This document shows positions 1 through 9,593 of a stretch of DNA of 64,000 nucleotides, piece after piece. The notes under the pieces are model-generated. The model saw only the letters and a program-made list of their open reading frames with translations. It did not search any database and was not told the DNA's origin. Position 1 is the stretch's first letter, and the number at the start of each line of letters is the position of its first letter. Source of the stretch: a phage; the NCBI GenBank assembly GCA_037574385.1, contig GCA_037574385.1_4529.1; one strand, 5' to 3'. Made by a program: the position numbers and the translations under genes.

Positions 1-1
1 A

Positions 2-2215
2 GAAAACTATGCTTTGGCCACTGTTGTTACTTACCATGATAATAACGCATACGGCGACGGTCAAACTCTTTTAGGTTATTACCAAGGTGGTAATTATCAT
101 CATTATTTCCGCGGTAAGGGTACTACAAACATTAATACTCACGGCGGTTTGTTGGTTACTCCTGGTAATATTGACGTTATTGGCGGTTCTGTTAATATAG
201 ATGGTAGAAATAATTCTTCTACACTAATGTTTAGAGGCAACACAACAGGATACAGCTCGGTTGATAATATGGATATTAAAGTTTGGGGTAATACGTTTGT
301 TGATCCAAGCGGAGGTACCCGTAAAAACATTATGGAAATTTCTGATGCAACTAGCTGGATGAGCTATATTCAAAGACTTACTACTGGCGAAGTAGAAATG
401 AACGTTAATGGTTCATTTGAATCATCTGGTGTTACTGCTGGAGATAGAGGAGTTCACACAACAGGTGAAATTTCATCTGGAGCAGTGAATGCTCTTCGTA
501 TTTGGAACGCAGATTATGGAGCCATTTTTAGACGTTCAGAAGGCAGTCTTCATATTATTCCAACTGCTTATGGTGAAGGTAAACACGGTGATATCGGTCC
601 ACTTCGCCCGTTTAGTATGGCTTTAGATACTGGTAAAGTTACTATTCCAGATTTACAATCAAGTTACAATACGTTTGCTGCGAATGGCTATATTAAATTT
701 GTTGGTCATGGAGCAGGCGCTGGTGGTTATGATATTCAATATGTTCAAGCAGCTCCTATTTTCCAGGAAATTGACGATGATGCTATAAACAAATATTATC
801 CTATTGTTAAACAGAAGTTTTTAAACAGTAAAGCTGTTTGGTCTTTAGGTACTGAAATTAATTCGGGTACATTTGTTTTACACCATATCAAAGAAGATGG
901 TTCACAAGGCCATACATCAAGATTTAACGCTGACGGTACAGTTAACTTCCCGGATAACGTTCAAGTCGGTGGCGGTGAAGCTACTATTGCTCGCAATGGT
1001 AATATCTGGTCTGATATCTGGAAAACGTTTACTTCTGCCGGTGATACTACAAATATTCGCGATGCTATTGCGACTCGTGTTTCGAAAGAAGGCGACACGA
1101 TGACCGGCAAATTGACTTTATCTGCAGGTAACGATGCCCTTGTTTTAACTGCAGGTGCTGGTGCTTCATCACATATCCGTAGTGATGTAGGTGGTACAGG
1201 TAATTGGTATATAGGCAAAGGCGGTGCCGACAATGGTCTAGGTTTTTACAGTTACATTACACAAGGCGGTGTATACATAACAAATACCGGTGAAATATCG
1301 CTTTCTCCTCAAGGACAAGGAACATTTAATTTTAATAGAGACCGCCTTTATATAAATGCTAGTCAATGGGTTGCACATAAATCTGGCGCTTGGGGCGACC
1401 AATGGGGCTTAGAAGCTCCTGTATTTGTGGATTTTGGCTACGTCGGTAATGATAGTTATTATCCTATTATCAAAGGAAAATCAGTTATTACTAATGAAGG
1501 ATTTGTATCAGGCGTTGATTTTGGTATGCGCCGTACCCCTAATATGTGGGCACAAGGTATTATCCGTGTAGGCAACCAGGAAAACGGTTCAGACCCACAA
1601 GCCATCTATGAATTCCACAGTAACGGTACTTTTTATGCCCCTAGCCTACTTAAGAGCAATAGAGTATCAGCAGGTGGCGGTGACCCCGTATGGGCCGGGC
1701 CATGTATTGTTCTTGGCGATAATGACACAGGTCTAGTTTGGGAAGCAGATGGTATTTTCAACGCATACGCAAACGGACAAGGCGTGTTTAGTTTTAGAGC
1801 TGGTCTCGCACAAACATTTGGTAACGTATCTTTAAACGTTAACGCAGGTATGTATGTTCGTGATAACATTGATGTTAACGACGTTTATATCCGTTCTGAT
1901 ATTCGCTGTAAGTCAGAAATTAAGCTTATTAAGAACGCTCAAGAGAAATCTAAACTCTTAGGCGGCTATACTTATCTGCTTAAAAACTCTGTTACAGACG
2001 AAGTTAAACCATCTGCAGGTTTAATTGCTCAGGAAGTTCAAGAAGTATTGCCTGAACTTGTTTCTGAAGATAAAGAGACCGGACTGCTTCGTTTGAACTA
2101 TAACGGTATTATTGGTTTAAATACTGCCACTATCAACGAGCATACTGACGAAATCAAGGAATTGAAATCTGAAATTGCTGAGTTGAAAGCATTAATTAAA
2201 TCATTGATAAAATAA
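2..2215 (+). CDS. 37: long tail fibre distal subunit gp37, C-terminal part (5' truncated at window edge), with C-terminal intramolecular-chaperone/autocleavage domain
   Basis: Frame is open to position 2 (track start at 14 is a TTG). Gly/Asn/Thr-rich fibre-like sequence; last ~120 aa (DVYIRSDIRCKSEIKLI...GLIAQEVQEVLPELV...) resemble the S74-type intramolecular chaperone of fibre/endosialidase proteins; followed by gene 38. Confidence 0.8.
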   Translation, partial: ENYALATVVTYHDNNAYGDGQTLLGYYQGGNYHHYFRGKGTTNINTHGGLLVTPGNIDVIGGSVNIDGRNNSSTLMFRGNTTGYSSVDNMDIKVWGNTFVDPSGGTRKNIMEISDATSWMSYIQRLTTGEVEMNVNGSFESSGVTAGDRGVHTTGEISSGAVNALRIWNADYGAIFRRSEGSLHIIPTAYGEGKHGDIGPLRPFSMALDTGKVTIPDLQSSYNTFAANGYIKFVGHGAGAGGYDIQYVQAAPIFQEIDDDAINKYYPIVKQKFLNSKAVWSLGTEINSGTFVLHHIKEDGSQGHTSRFNADGTVNFPDNVQVGGGEATIARNGNIWSDIWKTFTSAGDTTNIRDAIATRVSKEGDTMTGKLTLSAGNDALVLTAGAGASSHIRSDVGGTGNWYIGKGGADNGLGFYSYITQGGVYITNTGEISLSPQGQGTFNFNRDRLYINASQWVAHKSGAWGDQWGLEAPVFVDFGYVGNDSYYPIIKGKSVITNEGFVSGVDFGMRRTPNMWAQGIIRVGNQENGSDPQAIYEFHSNGTFYAPSLLKSNRVSAGGGDPVWAGPCIVLGDNDTGLVWEADGIFNAYANGQGVFSFRAGLAQTFGNVSLNVNAGMYVRDNIDVNDVYIRSDIRCKSEIKLIKNAQEKSKLLGGYTYLLKNSVTDEVKPSAGLIAQEVQEVLPELVSEDKETGLLRLNYNGIIGLNTATINEHTDEIKELKSEIAELKALIKSLIK

Positions 2216-2220
2216 TAAAA

Positions 2221-2234
2221 GGGCCTTCGGGCCC
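2221..2234 (+). promoter_or_regulatory. intercistronic RNA hairpin GGGCC-UUCG-GGCCC between 37 and 38
   Basis: Perfect 5-bp GC stem with UUCG tetraloop, then U5 and GGAGG-N5-ATG of gene 38. Confidence 0.5.
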
Positions 2235-2245
2235 TGGAGGTTTTT

Positions 2246-3025
2246 ATGGCAGTAGTAGGAATACCTGGTTGGATTGGAACATCAGCAGTGGCTGAAACAG
2301 GTCAACGTTGGATGTCAGCAGCTTCTAGAGAATTACGTCTAGGGAACCCATCTTGGATGTCACAATTCGCTGGACGTTCAAGAGAAATTATTCACACTCT
2401 TGGAGCAGACCATAACTTTAATGGTCAATGGTTCCGTGACCGCTGTTTTGAAGCCGGTGGCGCTCCTATAGTGTTTAATATCACAGGCAACTTAGTATCA
2501 TATTCTAAAGACGTTCCTTTATTCTTCATGTATGGTGATACTCCTAACGAATATGTTACTTTGAATATTCATGGTGGTGTTCATATGTGGGGCCGAGGTG
2601 GTAATGGTAGCGTAAATGGAAGCCCAGGCACTAATGGCGGCGACGTAATCCAAAATGATATTGGTGGACGACTTCGCATTTGGAACTATGGCGTTATTGC
2701 ATCAGGTGGCGGTGGCGGGGGTGCAGTGTCGTTAAAGAATAGCTGGGATGCGTATGCTACAGCTGGTGGTGGCGGTGGCAGGCCATTTGGTCTTGGCGGC
2801 GGCGGTGTTAATTGGCCTGGTGGCAATGCTAGTTATGACGGTCCAGGTGGTGGCGGTAATACAAGTCAATTTGGTGGCGGCAATGGCGGTGATGCTGGGG
2901 GTGCTGGTGGTGACGGATGGGGCAGTCACTTATCTAGATCTGGGGGTGGTGCTCCTGGTAGAGCAGTATTCGGAAGTTCACCTTCATGGGGTGCTACAGG
3001 CACAATCTACGGCTCCTGGATTTAA
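2246..3025 (+). CDS. 38: tail fibre adhesin gp38 (T2-type receptor-recognising protein with glycine-rich motifs)
   Basis: 259 aa; conserved N-terminus MAVVG.PGWIG...QRWMS...[14 protein letters not shown]; C-terminal half has polyglycine runs (GGGGGG) separating short variable segments, as in T2/T6 gp38. Confidence 0.9.
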   Translation: MAVVGIPGWIGTSAVAETGQRWMSAASRELRLGNPSWMSQFAGRSREIIHTLGADHNFNGQWFRDRCFEAGGAPIVFNITGNLVSYSKDVPLFFMYGDTPNEYVTLNIHGGVHMWGRGGNGSVNGSPGTNGGDVIQNDIGGRLRIWNYGVIASGGGGGGAVSLKNSWDAYATAGGGGGRPFGLGGGGVNWPGGNASYDGPGGGGNTSQFGGGNGGDAGGAGGDGWGSHLSRSGGGAPGRAVFGSSPSWGATGTIYGSWI

Positions 3026-3043
3026 ACGATAATACCTCTCAAT

Positions 3044-3051
3044 TATAAATA
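3044..3051 (+). promoter_or_regulatory. late promoter TATAAATA upstream of t
   Basis: Exact TATAAATA ~20 nt upstream of the holin ATG; consensus of T4 gp55-dependent late promoters. Confidence 0.6.
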
Positions 3052-3070
3052 TTGATAAATGGGAGGTAAT

Positions 3071-3730
3071 ATGGCAGCACCAAAAGTATCATTTTCGCCT
3101 AGTGATATTTTATTTGGGTTGCTAGACCGCATTTTCAAAGATAACGCCTCTGGAAATATTCTTATTTCCAGAGTTGCTGTTGTAGTTCTTTTGTTCCTAA
3201 TGGCACTAATATGGTACAAAGGGAGTATTTTTATGGATTATTACGTGAGGTCGAAATATGATACTTACACAGAAGTAATTCAAAAAGAAAGAAATACACG
3301 ATTTGAATCTGCGGCTTTAGAACAACTACAAATAGTCCACGTCACATCAAGGGCGGATTTTAGTTCGGTGTATTCTTTCAGACCTAAAAATCTAAATTAT
3401 TTCGTCGACCTTATTGCGTATGAAGGTAAGTTACCTAGCACAGTAACTGAAAAATCTATGGGAGGATTTCCTGTCGATAAAACTACAGCAGAATATTCGG
3501 TCCATTTAAGTGGACTTCACTTTACTTCTAAAACAGATTTTGCTTTCTTACCTACCAAATCAAAAACTCCGGAACTGGCATATATGTATAGTTGTCCTTA
3601 CTTCAATTTGGATAACATATATGCTGGAACTGTTTCTATGTATTGGTATAAGGGGTCGGATGTGTTAAATGAAGAACGCTTGGCAGCAATATGCAACCAA
3701 GCAGCAAGGATATTAGGGCGGGCTAAATAA
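3071..3730 (+). CDS. t: holin T (lysis timing)
   Basis: Starts MAAPKVSFSPSDILFGLLDRIFKDNA, one TM segment, ends ...CNQAARILGRAK; high identity to T4 holin as I recall it. GGGAGG 5 nt upstream of ATG 3071 (track ORF begins at 3059). Confidence 0.9.
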   Translation: MAAPKVSFSPSDILFGLLDRIFKDNASGNILISRVAVVVLLFLMALIWYKGSIFMDYYVRSKYDTYTEVIQKERNTRFESAALEQLQIVHVTSRADFSSVYSFRPKNLNYFVDLIAYEGKLPSTVTEKSMGGFPVDKTTAEYSVHLSGLHFTSKTDFAFLPTKSKTPELAYMYSCPYFNLDNIYAGTVSMYWYKGSDVLNEERLAAICNQAARILGRAK

Positions 3731-4003
3731 TTAGTTGTTAGAATACATCGTCAAATGGCGATAAATATTTTCAAAACCTTCATTGAATTCACTAATCAGT
3801 GTTTTCTTTTCTTCGGCAGTTAAATTTGTAATTAGTTTTCTGAACGAATTCTGATTTAGCTGCCGACCATCTTTTTTAATTCCAATCTCATTCAAGAATC
3901 CGATGAAATTTGCTCGGTCTTCAACAATATCTTCCCTAGAGAATTTAATCAAAATAGAAGCAATAGTAATAATTTCACGTACGATTTCAATGTCTTTATT
4001 CAT
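3731..4003 (-). CDS. asiA: anti-sigma70 factor AsiA
   Basis: 90 aa, MNK.I..VREIIT.ASILIKFSREDIVE.RANFI.FLNEIG...NQNSFRK...EFNEGFE matches T4 AsiA. Confidence 0.9.
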   Translation of the reverse strand: MNKDIEIVREIITIASILIKFSREDIVEDRANFIGFLNEIGIKKDGRQLNQNSFRKLITNLTAEEKKTLISEFNEGFENIYRHLTMYSNN

Positions 4004-4049
4004 AACGTTTTATTCATTCCATTTGGTTGATACGAGTATAGTACCATTA

Positions 4050-4250
4050 TCAGTGTTGATTGTAAACAGCTTTTTCTACACTTTTAACGTAATCAATGTA
4101 GTCTTCCTGTTCATACGAGTGTAAGGCCAAGAACGTGGCTAATAGTTCATTATAGACTAAAGCCTCACGCTCACGTTCTGCCTCTACTACGTTCTGAAGA
4201 TTATGGCTCATATCATTCCTTATAACTATCAATGTAGTCCTGTATGTCAA
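4050..4250 (-). CDS. hypothetical early protein (66 aa)
   Basis: ORF in early-gene orientation between asiA and motA; 3' overlap with next ORF. Confidence 0.4.
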   Translation of the reverse strand: MTYRTTLIVIRNDMSHNLQNVVEAEREREALVYNELLATFLALHSYEQEDYIDYVKSVEKAVYNQH

Positions 4251-4500
4251 AGAATGACATTTCGTATTCTAGGACATTAAGAGCCCGTTCTTCAGTATAG
4301 TCAGAACCAAAGACGATAGTGATTTCACCAGGCTTCATATGATTGAAATCGACACTAAAAGGAATACGAGAACATACTTCGTCTGCCATATCTGCAACAA
4401 CACTACGATATACTTCTCGGTTAACCTGATAAAGCTCTGCAAGTTCTTCACAACGAATAACAAGTTCAGTGGCAGGATTTTCTTTGATTTTAGTAAGCAT
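4213..4500 (-). CDS. hypothetical early protein (95 aa); positional candidate for Arn-like anti-restriction protein
   Basis: Acidic 95-aa ORF at the position where T4 has arn; no sequence match verified. Confidence 0.45.
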   Translation of the reverse strand: MLTKIKENPATELVIRCEELAELYQVNREVYRSVVADMADEVCSRIPFSVDFNHMKPGEITIVFGSDYTEERALNVLEYEMSFFDIQDYIDSYKE

Positions 4501-4574
4501 AGTCTTTACCCTTATGTTTTTGTTTGCGTTTAGATTGAAGTTCTGATTTCTTCTTGTCCTTATGGACAGAAGCC

Positions 4575-4802
4575 TTATTGAAATCGTGTTTTGCTACAAG
4601 ATTGTTCATAATGATTTATAACCTCATTTAAACATTTATCGGTAAAAGAAAACTTTTTAGCCACAGAACATTCGATAATGTGCTCTTTCAAATCTTTAGG
4701 GTCGGTATAACCCATCTCAGTAATAAAGTGGCGAATTAAAGCTTTATTCTTATCATTAACAGAATTAAAATAATCTGCTTTAGAATCAATTATTCTCATC
4801 AT
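4575..4802 (-). CDS. hypothetical early protein (75 aa)
   Basis: ORF in operon orientation, tightly packed. Confidence 0.45.
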   Translation of the reverse strand: MMRIIDSKADYFNSVNDKNKALIRHFITEMGYTDPKDLKEHIIECSVAKKFSFTDKCLNEVINHYEQSCSKTRFQ

Positions 4803-5067
4803 CTAATTTCCTTAATTGATATTGCAGCGAGCTAATAATTTCTTCGTTCATTTTAATATACATGTCACGCAAGAAAGGTTTTAACCCTTCACGAATAATT
4901 GCTAATGTGTCACCTTTACATAGATTGACCAAATAAGGGTGATCTAAAGCGTCCCAACCAGGCTGATTAGCATACATGCCATAGTTTTCTTCCATCATAT
5001 GATTAAGACGTTTGATATCTTGGATACGTGATTCAATAGCATCTTTCTGGAGTTGTTTAATATTCAT
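4786..5067 (-). CDS. hypothetical early protein (93 aa)
   Basis: ORF in operon orientation. Confidence 0.45.
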   Translation of the reverse strand: MNIKQLQKDAIESRIQDIKRLNHMMEENYGMYANQPGWDALDHPYLVNLCKGDTLAIIREGLKPFLRDMYIKMNEEIISSLQYQLRKLDDENN

Positions 5068-5528
5068 TAATAAAGGTCCTCTGAATAAAGTTCTTTCTCA
5101 CTTCCACCACGTTCAATACGTACCTGTCCAGCATACGTTGCAATAATCATTGCTTCTTCACGAGTCCAGTAATTAGAGTATTGGTCAATAAAGCCTTGGT
5201 CGTCGCCACAAACTTGTTGCGAGACTAATTGAGGACCAACTATATCAAGTACTTCAGCCATATCTTTAGAGTAATGACGAACTCCAGGAATAACCAGAGT
5301 TCCACCACTCTTCAATTTAAACCTATTAGCTGCACATACTATAACACGTTGAACTTTTTGGTCATTGTTCCAATAGCACGTTTGCCAACAGATTTCAGGA
5401 ACTTCATTCATTATATCATCAGCAGAATAATTATAACCGTAGGACTGGAATTTTTCTGCTAGACTTTCAGGAGTCTCACGAGACAAGGCTAAATCTAATA
5501 GCTCTAAGCGTTCTTTAAATGATTTCAT
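5067..5528 (-). CDS. hypothetical early protein (153 aa)
   Basis: ORF in operon orientation; stop/start coupling with neighbours. Confidence 0.5.
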   Translation of the reverse strand: MKSFKERLELLDLALSRETPESLAEKFQSYGYNYSADDIMNEVPEICWQTCYWNNDQKVQRVIVCAANRFKLKSGGTLVIPGVRHYSKDMAEVLDIVGPQLVSQQVCGDDQGFIDQYSNYWTREEAMIIATYAGQVRIERGGSEKELYSEDLY

Positions 5529-5854
5529 TTAAACCATTCCTTAATACGTTGCCAAATAGATTTTTGTGCTTGTTTATTTACACCAATCGAACGAATAACC
5601 GGTTGTGACTGCTGATATTCTTTATAATCTTCTTTATAGATTTCGTAAGCTGCATCAACAAATGAACTGATCGCTGCCATGTAGTTTTTACGAAGGCCAA
5701 ATGGCGCATCATTATTTTCACGAATAACCATATATTGGCCTGCTTTAATCTTTACAATTGTCCCTAAATAAGCCCCGTGGTACCAAATATCCCATCCTTC
5801 CTGAGTAGGTTCTGCACATTTACGAAGTTCGTTAATAATATTCAGCTTATTCAT
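5525..5854 (-). CDS. hypothetical early protein (109 aa)
   Basis: ORF in operon orientation; 4-nt overlap with upstream gene. Confidence 0.5.
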   Translation of the reverse strand: MNKLNIINELRKCAEPTQEGWDIWYHGAYLGTIVKIKAGQYMVIRENNDAPFGLRKNYMAAISSFVDAAYEIYKEDYKEYQQSQPVIRSIGVNKQAQKSIWQRIKEWFK

Positions 5855-5864
5855 TATGTATTCC

Positions 5865-6497
5865 TCACAGTACGTTAGTTACAAGGGTAATGATTTCTTT
5901 GGACACATTAGGGAAGTCAATGTAAGTATATTTACCACCGATCTTAATCTTAACATCATTTTCAAGAGAAGTAAACAGCTTTGATTCAGCTTCTGACATG
6001 TTGTATGCAAAGATTCTAAGAGCGCCATCTCGTCGAATTTCAATTTGGCGAATACCTAGAACTCGTTTTGCAAATCGAACTTCCAAGTTACTACGGTTTT
6101 CACCAATTTCTTTAACTTCAACTTTATCTTTAATATTTTCAAAAACAAAGTTTGCTAATTCATGCATTTCAGGAGTAACTCCACGTGCTTTTCTAGTGTT
6201 ACGTTTCTGAAGAAGTTCTGGAGCATTTTCTTGAGCAAATAGGTCTGCAGCTTTTTGGATAATATCCATTGCTTCGCCGGTTGCCACAAGTCCATCACCG
6301 GATTTTTCGACTAAACCTTTCTTAATCAATACACCAATGTTAGAGTTAACAACTGATGCGTTGTATTCTGCTTCCAGAGCTTCACGGACATTGGCAGCAG
6401 TGGTGAAGTTGTTCTTAATGATATAAACCATTATTGCCGCAGTTTTTTCATTCAGAGCGTTTTCAGAAGCTTTGATGATGTAAGTAACTTTAGACAT
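5865..6497 (-). CDS. motA: middle-promoter transcriptional activator MotA
   Basis: 210 aa; MSKVTYIIKAS...NSNIGVLIKKGLVEKSGDGL...AQENAPELL matches T4 MotA. Confidence 0.9.
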   Translation of the reverse strand: MSKVTYIIKASENALNEKTAAIMVYIIKNNFTTAANVREALEAEYNASVVNSNIGVLIKKGLVEKSGDGLVATGEAMDIIQKAADLFAQENAPELLQKRNTRKARGVTPEMHELANFVFENIKDKVEVKEIGENRSNLEVRFAKRVLGIRQIEIRRDGALRIFAYNMSEAESKLFTSLENDVKIKIGGKYTYIDFPNVSKEIITLVTNVL

Positions 6498-6594
6498 TTT
6501 ATTTCTCCAATTTGGTTGTTTTGTTTTGATAGGTCTATAATATCACGTTTGAAGCACGTGTAAACTGTTTTATGAGAAAAAAAAATGCACAAAA

Positions 6595-6610
6595 GGGAGC
6601 TTCGGCTCCC
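6595..6610 (-). terminator. rho-independent terminator after gene 52
   Basis: GGGAGC/GCTCCC stem; on minus strand followed by UUUUGUGCAUUUUUUUUU. Confidence 0.6.
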
Positions 6611-6686
6611 TAATCGTGATTGTCCAACCAATACAGCCAAATCACTAGTGCAGCTATTGCACCGAGAAATCCTAAGGCTAAGGCAC

Positions 6687-8012
6687 TCAAAGTGCCTCCA
6701 AGTCTTTAGTGTACTCTGTCACAACATCGGTAGACTTCCAATACTCATTTTCTTCTTTCTTAGCTTTAGCTTCTTCTGCTAGTTTACGTGCTTCATCGGA
6801 AGTGATATGGAAGATGTTAAGACCTACCAGTTTATCAACATGTTCTTTATACATTTCGATTTGTGCTAGCTCTTCAGTCAAAGCTTTACGAGTCTTGCCC
6901 TGAATCACAATTTCACCACTGATAACTTTTTTGATGAAGTGTGCCTTAGCAAAAGCAAGTTTAAATGCTTTTTCAGATTCAAGGATTTTGTTGTCAATAC
7001 GTTTCTGAACGTAAGTCTTACGGACTTCAACAAAATCTTTGATTAAGTCTACTACATTATCGTAGACCGCTAATTTACCTTTTTCATTAATCACTGTGAT
7101 GTTTTGTGAACGACGTTCGATGAGACTAAAATCTTTCATGATTTTTTCATGACGTAGCTCTTCATCGTCTGGAAGCGAGTACTCTTTACGGAACTTCACC
7201 TTAAACCCAAATCCATGTTCACCACAATCATCTTCCCATGAGATTAGACCTTTATCTTCTAATGGGTCAAGAACCTTACTCACATACGTTTCACGGTCGA
7301 ATTTATATGGGATTTCAGTTATCTGCATTTGAGTACGAGATGTGAACTTATATGTTCCGTGAATCTCATAACGCCCATCAACTTCATGTACTTCACCACG
7401 GAATTCCGGGAATTCAACTTTTGGCTTAGTGACATTTTTACCTTGAAGAGCTTGTAATACAGCCTTTTTGACTGATTTAAAACTATGAGGCAGAATATTT
7501 GTTGCATAACCGGTTGCAATACCGGAGACACCATTCAAAAGAACTGTCGGAATAATAGGAAGATAGAATTTTGGTGGAATATGTTCTTTATCTTCATGAG
7601 TTGGAGCATATTCGGTATCTTTATAGACATTATAGAAATTTTTGCTTACACGAGCAAAAATATAACGAGATGCCGCAGCTTTTTGGACTGTTCTAGAACC
7701 AAAGTTGCCTTGGCCATCTAACAGTGGATAGTTGTTGTTCCATGTGTTAGCCATTAATGCACCTGCATCTTGTGCAGAAGATTCACCATGGTGATAACCT
7801 AAATCTGCAACACCACCCGCAATTGACGCAAGTTTATGAAATTTTTCTTTATTACCACGAGCCAAATCTAACGCACGATGGACCACAAAACGTTGAACCG
7901 GCTTAAATCCATCAATCATGTTTGGGATTGCACGGTTTTCAACGGTGTACATCGCATATGCTAAGGCTTCGTTATCAATAATACTTTTTAGATTACGAGA
8001 ATTCAATTGCAT
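6687..8012 (-). CDS. 52: DNA topoisomerase II medium subunit gp52 (GyrA-like)
   Basis: 441 aa with GyrA/ParC-like cleavage-core sequence; size and position match T4 gp52. Confidence 0.95.
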   Translation of the reverse strand: MQLNSRNLKSIIDNEALAYAMYTVENRAIPNMIDGFKPVQRFVVHRALDLARGNKEKFHKLASIAGGVADLGYHHGESSAQDAGALMANTWNNNYPLLDGQGNFGSRTVQKAAASRYIFARVSKNFYNVYKDTEYAPTHEDKEHIPPKFYLPIIPTVLLNGVSGIATGYATNILPHSFKSVKKAVLQALQGKNVTKPKVEFPEFRGEVHEVDGRYEIHGTYKFTSRTQMQITEIPYKFDRETYVSKVLDPLEDKGLISWEDDCGEHGFGFKVKFRKEYSLPDDEELRHEKIMKDFSLIERRSQNITVINEKGKLAVYDNVVDLIKDFVEVRKTYVQKRIDNKILESEKAFKLAFAKAHFIKKVISGEIVIQGKTRKALTEELAQIEMYKEHVDKLVGLNIFHITSDEARKLAEEAKAKKEENEYWKSTDVVTEYTKDLEAL

Positions 8013-8019
8013 ATTTTCA

Positions 8020-8157
8020 CCATATTAATGAACGAATAACCATTATAACATCTGAAATGAAAAGCACTACTTGGATTAGTCCAAACATCACACCGTAGTA
8101 CAGAACCGTAAGCAACAACAAGAGCCCGAAGGCTCCTGTTAAGATTTTCTTAATCAT
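8020..8157 (-). CDS. possible small hydrophobic protein (~46 aa), below ORF-track threshold
   Basis: Hand translation MIKKILTGAFGLLLLLTVLYYGVMFGLIQVVLFISDVIMVIRSLIW; ATG overlaps upstream stop (TAATG). A GAGCC-UUCG-GGCUC hairpin lies inside it, so it may be spurious. Confidence 0.3.
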
Positions 8158-8159
8158 TA

Positions 8160-8303
8160 CTCGCCTTTTAATACGTTAAGAAGAGCTAAGACTGCTAAGG
8201 TACCTTGTGATACGGCCTGTTGAAATACTGTTGTTTCGCCCGTAACTAAAGTGTTAACGAATAAAAACGACCAACACAGCAATGCAATAATCCATGCTAC
8301 CAT
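8160..8303 (-). CDS. possible small membrane protein (~48 aa); candidate ac-like peptide
   Basis: Hand translation MVAWIIALLCWSFLFVNTLVTGETTVFQQAVSQGTLAVLALLNVLKGE; sits where T4 has ac/stp between 52 and ndd. Confidence 0.35.
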
Positions 8304-8355
8304 TTTAATTACCTCAAAAATAAATTAAAGGCCTAACTTAATAGGTCCGTATAAA

Positions 8356-8802
8356 TTAGTAACTCTGCAGAATGAATTTGAAATTATCAGCCAGAAGACG
8401 GTTCATTTCAGTGAGTGTTTGATATTCTGACGTATGGTTGCGAGTGAATGCCAGAGCCAATTGACCTTTACCATAACCAGTGGTCAGTGGTTTCATGTTC
8501 TTAGCTGCAACAAAGATTACATCATATTCAATATTGTTAGTGCCCATGGTACGGGCTAGTTGCGAACGGCCTTGACGAATGTGAGAAAGAATTGCATCCA
8601 ACCCTTGTTTAGAACGTTGACGTCCTACAAAGAATCGTGCTGCTACTTGACGCCAATCAGATGAACCTTTAACAAAGAAGTAAAAACCTTCACGAGAACG
8701 AAACTCTTTAGAAACTTCAGAACCATATTCACCATTACGAACTACTGCAACAACTTCACCGCCAACTGCCAGAAGGTCTTTACGAGTTAAATATTTGGTC
8801 AT
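8356..8802 (-). CDS. ndd: nucleoid disruption protein Ndd
   Basis: 148 aa; ...[29 protein letters not shown]...[41 protein letters not shown] matches T4 Ndd. Confidence 0.85.
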   Translation of the reverse strand: MTKYLTRKDLLAVGGEVVAVVRNGEYGSEVSKEFRSREGFYFFVKGSSDWRQVAARFFVGRQRSKQGLDAILSHIRQGRSQLARTMGTNNIEYDVIFVAAKNMKPLTTGYGKGQLALAFTRNHTSEYQTLTEMNRLLADNFKFILQSY

Positions 8803-8840
8803 GCTAATTTCCTCAATTGATTAATGTTTTTGTAATCCAT

Positions 8841-8876
8841 GAGAGCATTATACTCTGCTCTCAAGAGTTTGTACAA
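8841..8876 (-). promoter_or_regulatory. early promoter with -10 inside a hairpin loop (copy 1 of a 36-nt repeat)
   Basis: Minus strand TGTACAAACTCTTGAGAGCAGAGTATAATGCTCTC: -35-like, 17-nt spacer, TATAAT; GAGAGCA/TGCTCTC stem flanks the -10. Near-identical copy at 53237-53272. Confidence 0.5.
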
Positions 8877-8878
8877 TT

Positions 8879-9139
8879 TTATTCGGTCATATCAGAACGT
8901 TCAAAAAGCTCTTCAACAGTTAAACATTCGGTGTCATCCTCAATAAAGAATCGGGTCCAACACGTTGGGGCGATGCAGTTATGAGTTTGTCCAGCTATAG
9001 AAGCTACACGAATAAGCTGCTGACCATTATTCAGGACAAATTTTTCACCAATTTCAACATCTTTAAAAAGCTTAGCCATTTTGTATTCCTCATGTTTAAG
9101 TAGGACTACTATACCATAATCATACCGTGATGTAAACAA
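8879..9139 (-). CDS. hypothetical early protein (86 aa)
   Basis: ORF directly downstream of the promoter-hairpin; MAKLFKDVEIGEKF... Confidence 0.55.
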   Translation of the reverse strand: MFTSRYDYGIVVLLKHEEYKMAKLFKDVEIGEKFVLNNGQQLIRVASIAGQTHNCIAPTCWTRFFIEDDTECLTVEELFERSDMTE

Positions 9140-9329
9140 TTAAATTACATTAAAATATGTTAAAGCCAACCATGTTCCAGTGAACGAACATGCAATGTAA
9201 AAAACCGTATCACAAATTGTTTTTAGTACAATAAGAAGTGCATTTTTCATAAGTACCTCAATGCAATTGAAAATATTATACAAATCATAGGGATACTAAG
9301 CAACCATATTCCGATCCACATTTTAGAGC

Positions 9330-9593
9330 TCATATCTCAACTTCCGCGAGTTCCATATATCCTTTGCTGATAACCTCTTTAAGGTCTTTAGAAAGAATAA
9401 CATCAAAATGGTCGTTCATATGTCCATTAACCAGACGAGTTATTTCGGCTTCAGATGACATATAAGGCACGTCTGAGTCCCAATGAGATAGACCTAAATG
9501 GGTATAAATCATCCCTTCGTCGTCTGCGGTGTTGTACATTGAAACAAACTCACCTGTCACTTTATGTTTTGCGTAGAAAAATTTAAATTTCAT
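9330..9593 (-). CDS. hypothetical early protein (87 aa)
   Basis: ORF in operon orientation, preceded by a GGACTA...TAGTCC hairpin with embedded -10-like sequence (~9601-9640). Confidence 0.5.
   Translation of the reverse strand: MKFKFFYAKHKVTGEFVSMYNTADDEGMIYTHLGLSHWDSDVPYMSSEAEITRLVNGHMNDHFDVILSKDLKEVISKGYMELAEVEI

Noticed and set aside
139-1869. Track ORFs 139-330 (-), 873-1103 (+), 961-1233 (-), 1633-1869 (-) inside the gp37 region
   Set aside because: Alternative-frame or antisense ORFs entirely within a long well-supported gene; low-complexity translations.
2690-2940. Tandem GGT/GGC-rich repeats that could be read as a simple-sequence repeat or array
   Set aside because: They are in frame within gene 38 and encode the polyglycine motifs characteristic of T2-type adhesins; the track ORFs 2732-2929 (-) and 2748-3032 (+) are shadow frames of the same repeat.
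6571-6585. Poly-A runs (6571-6585, 25950-25964, 51072-51080) as possible slippery or insertion-site sequences
   Set aside because: Each is the complement of the U-tract of an adjacent intrinsic terminator hairpin on the transcribed strand.
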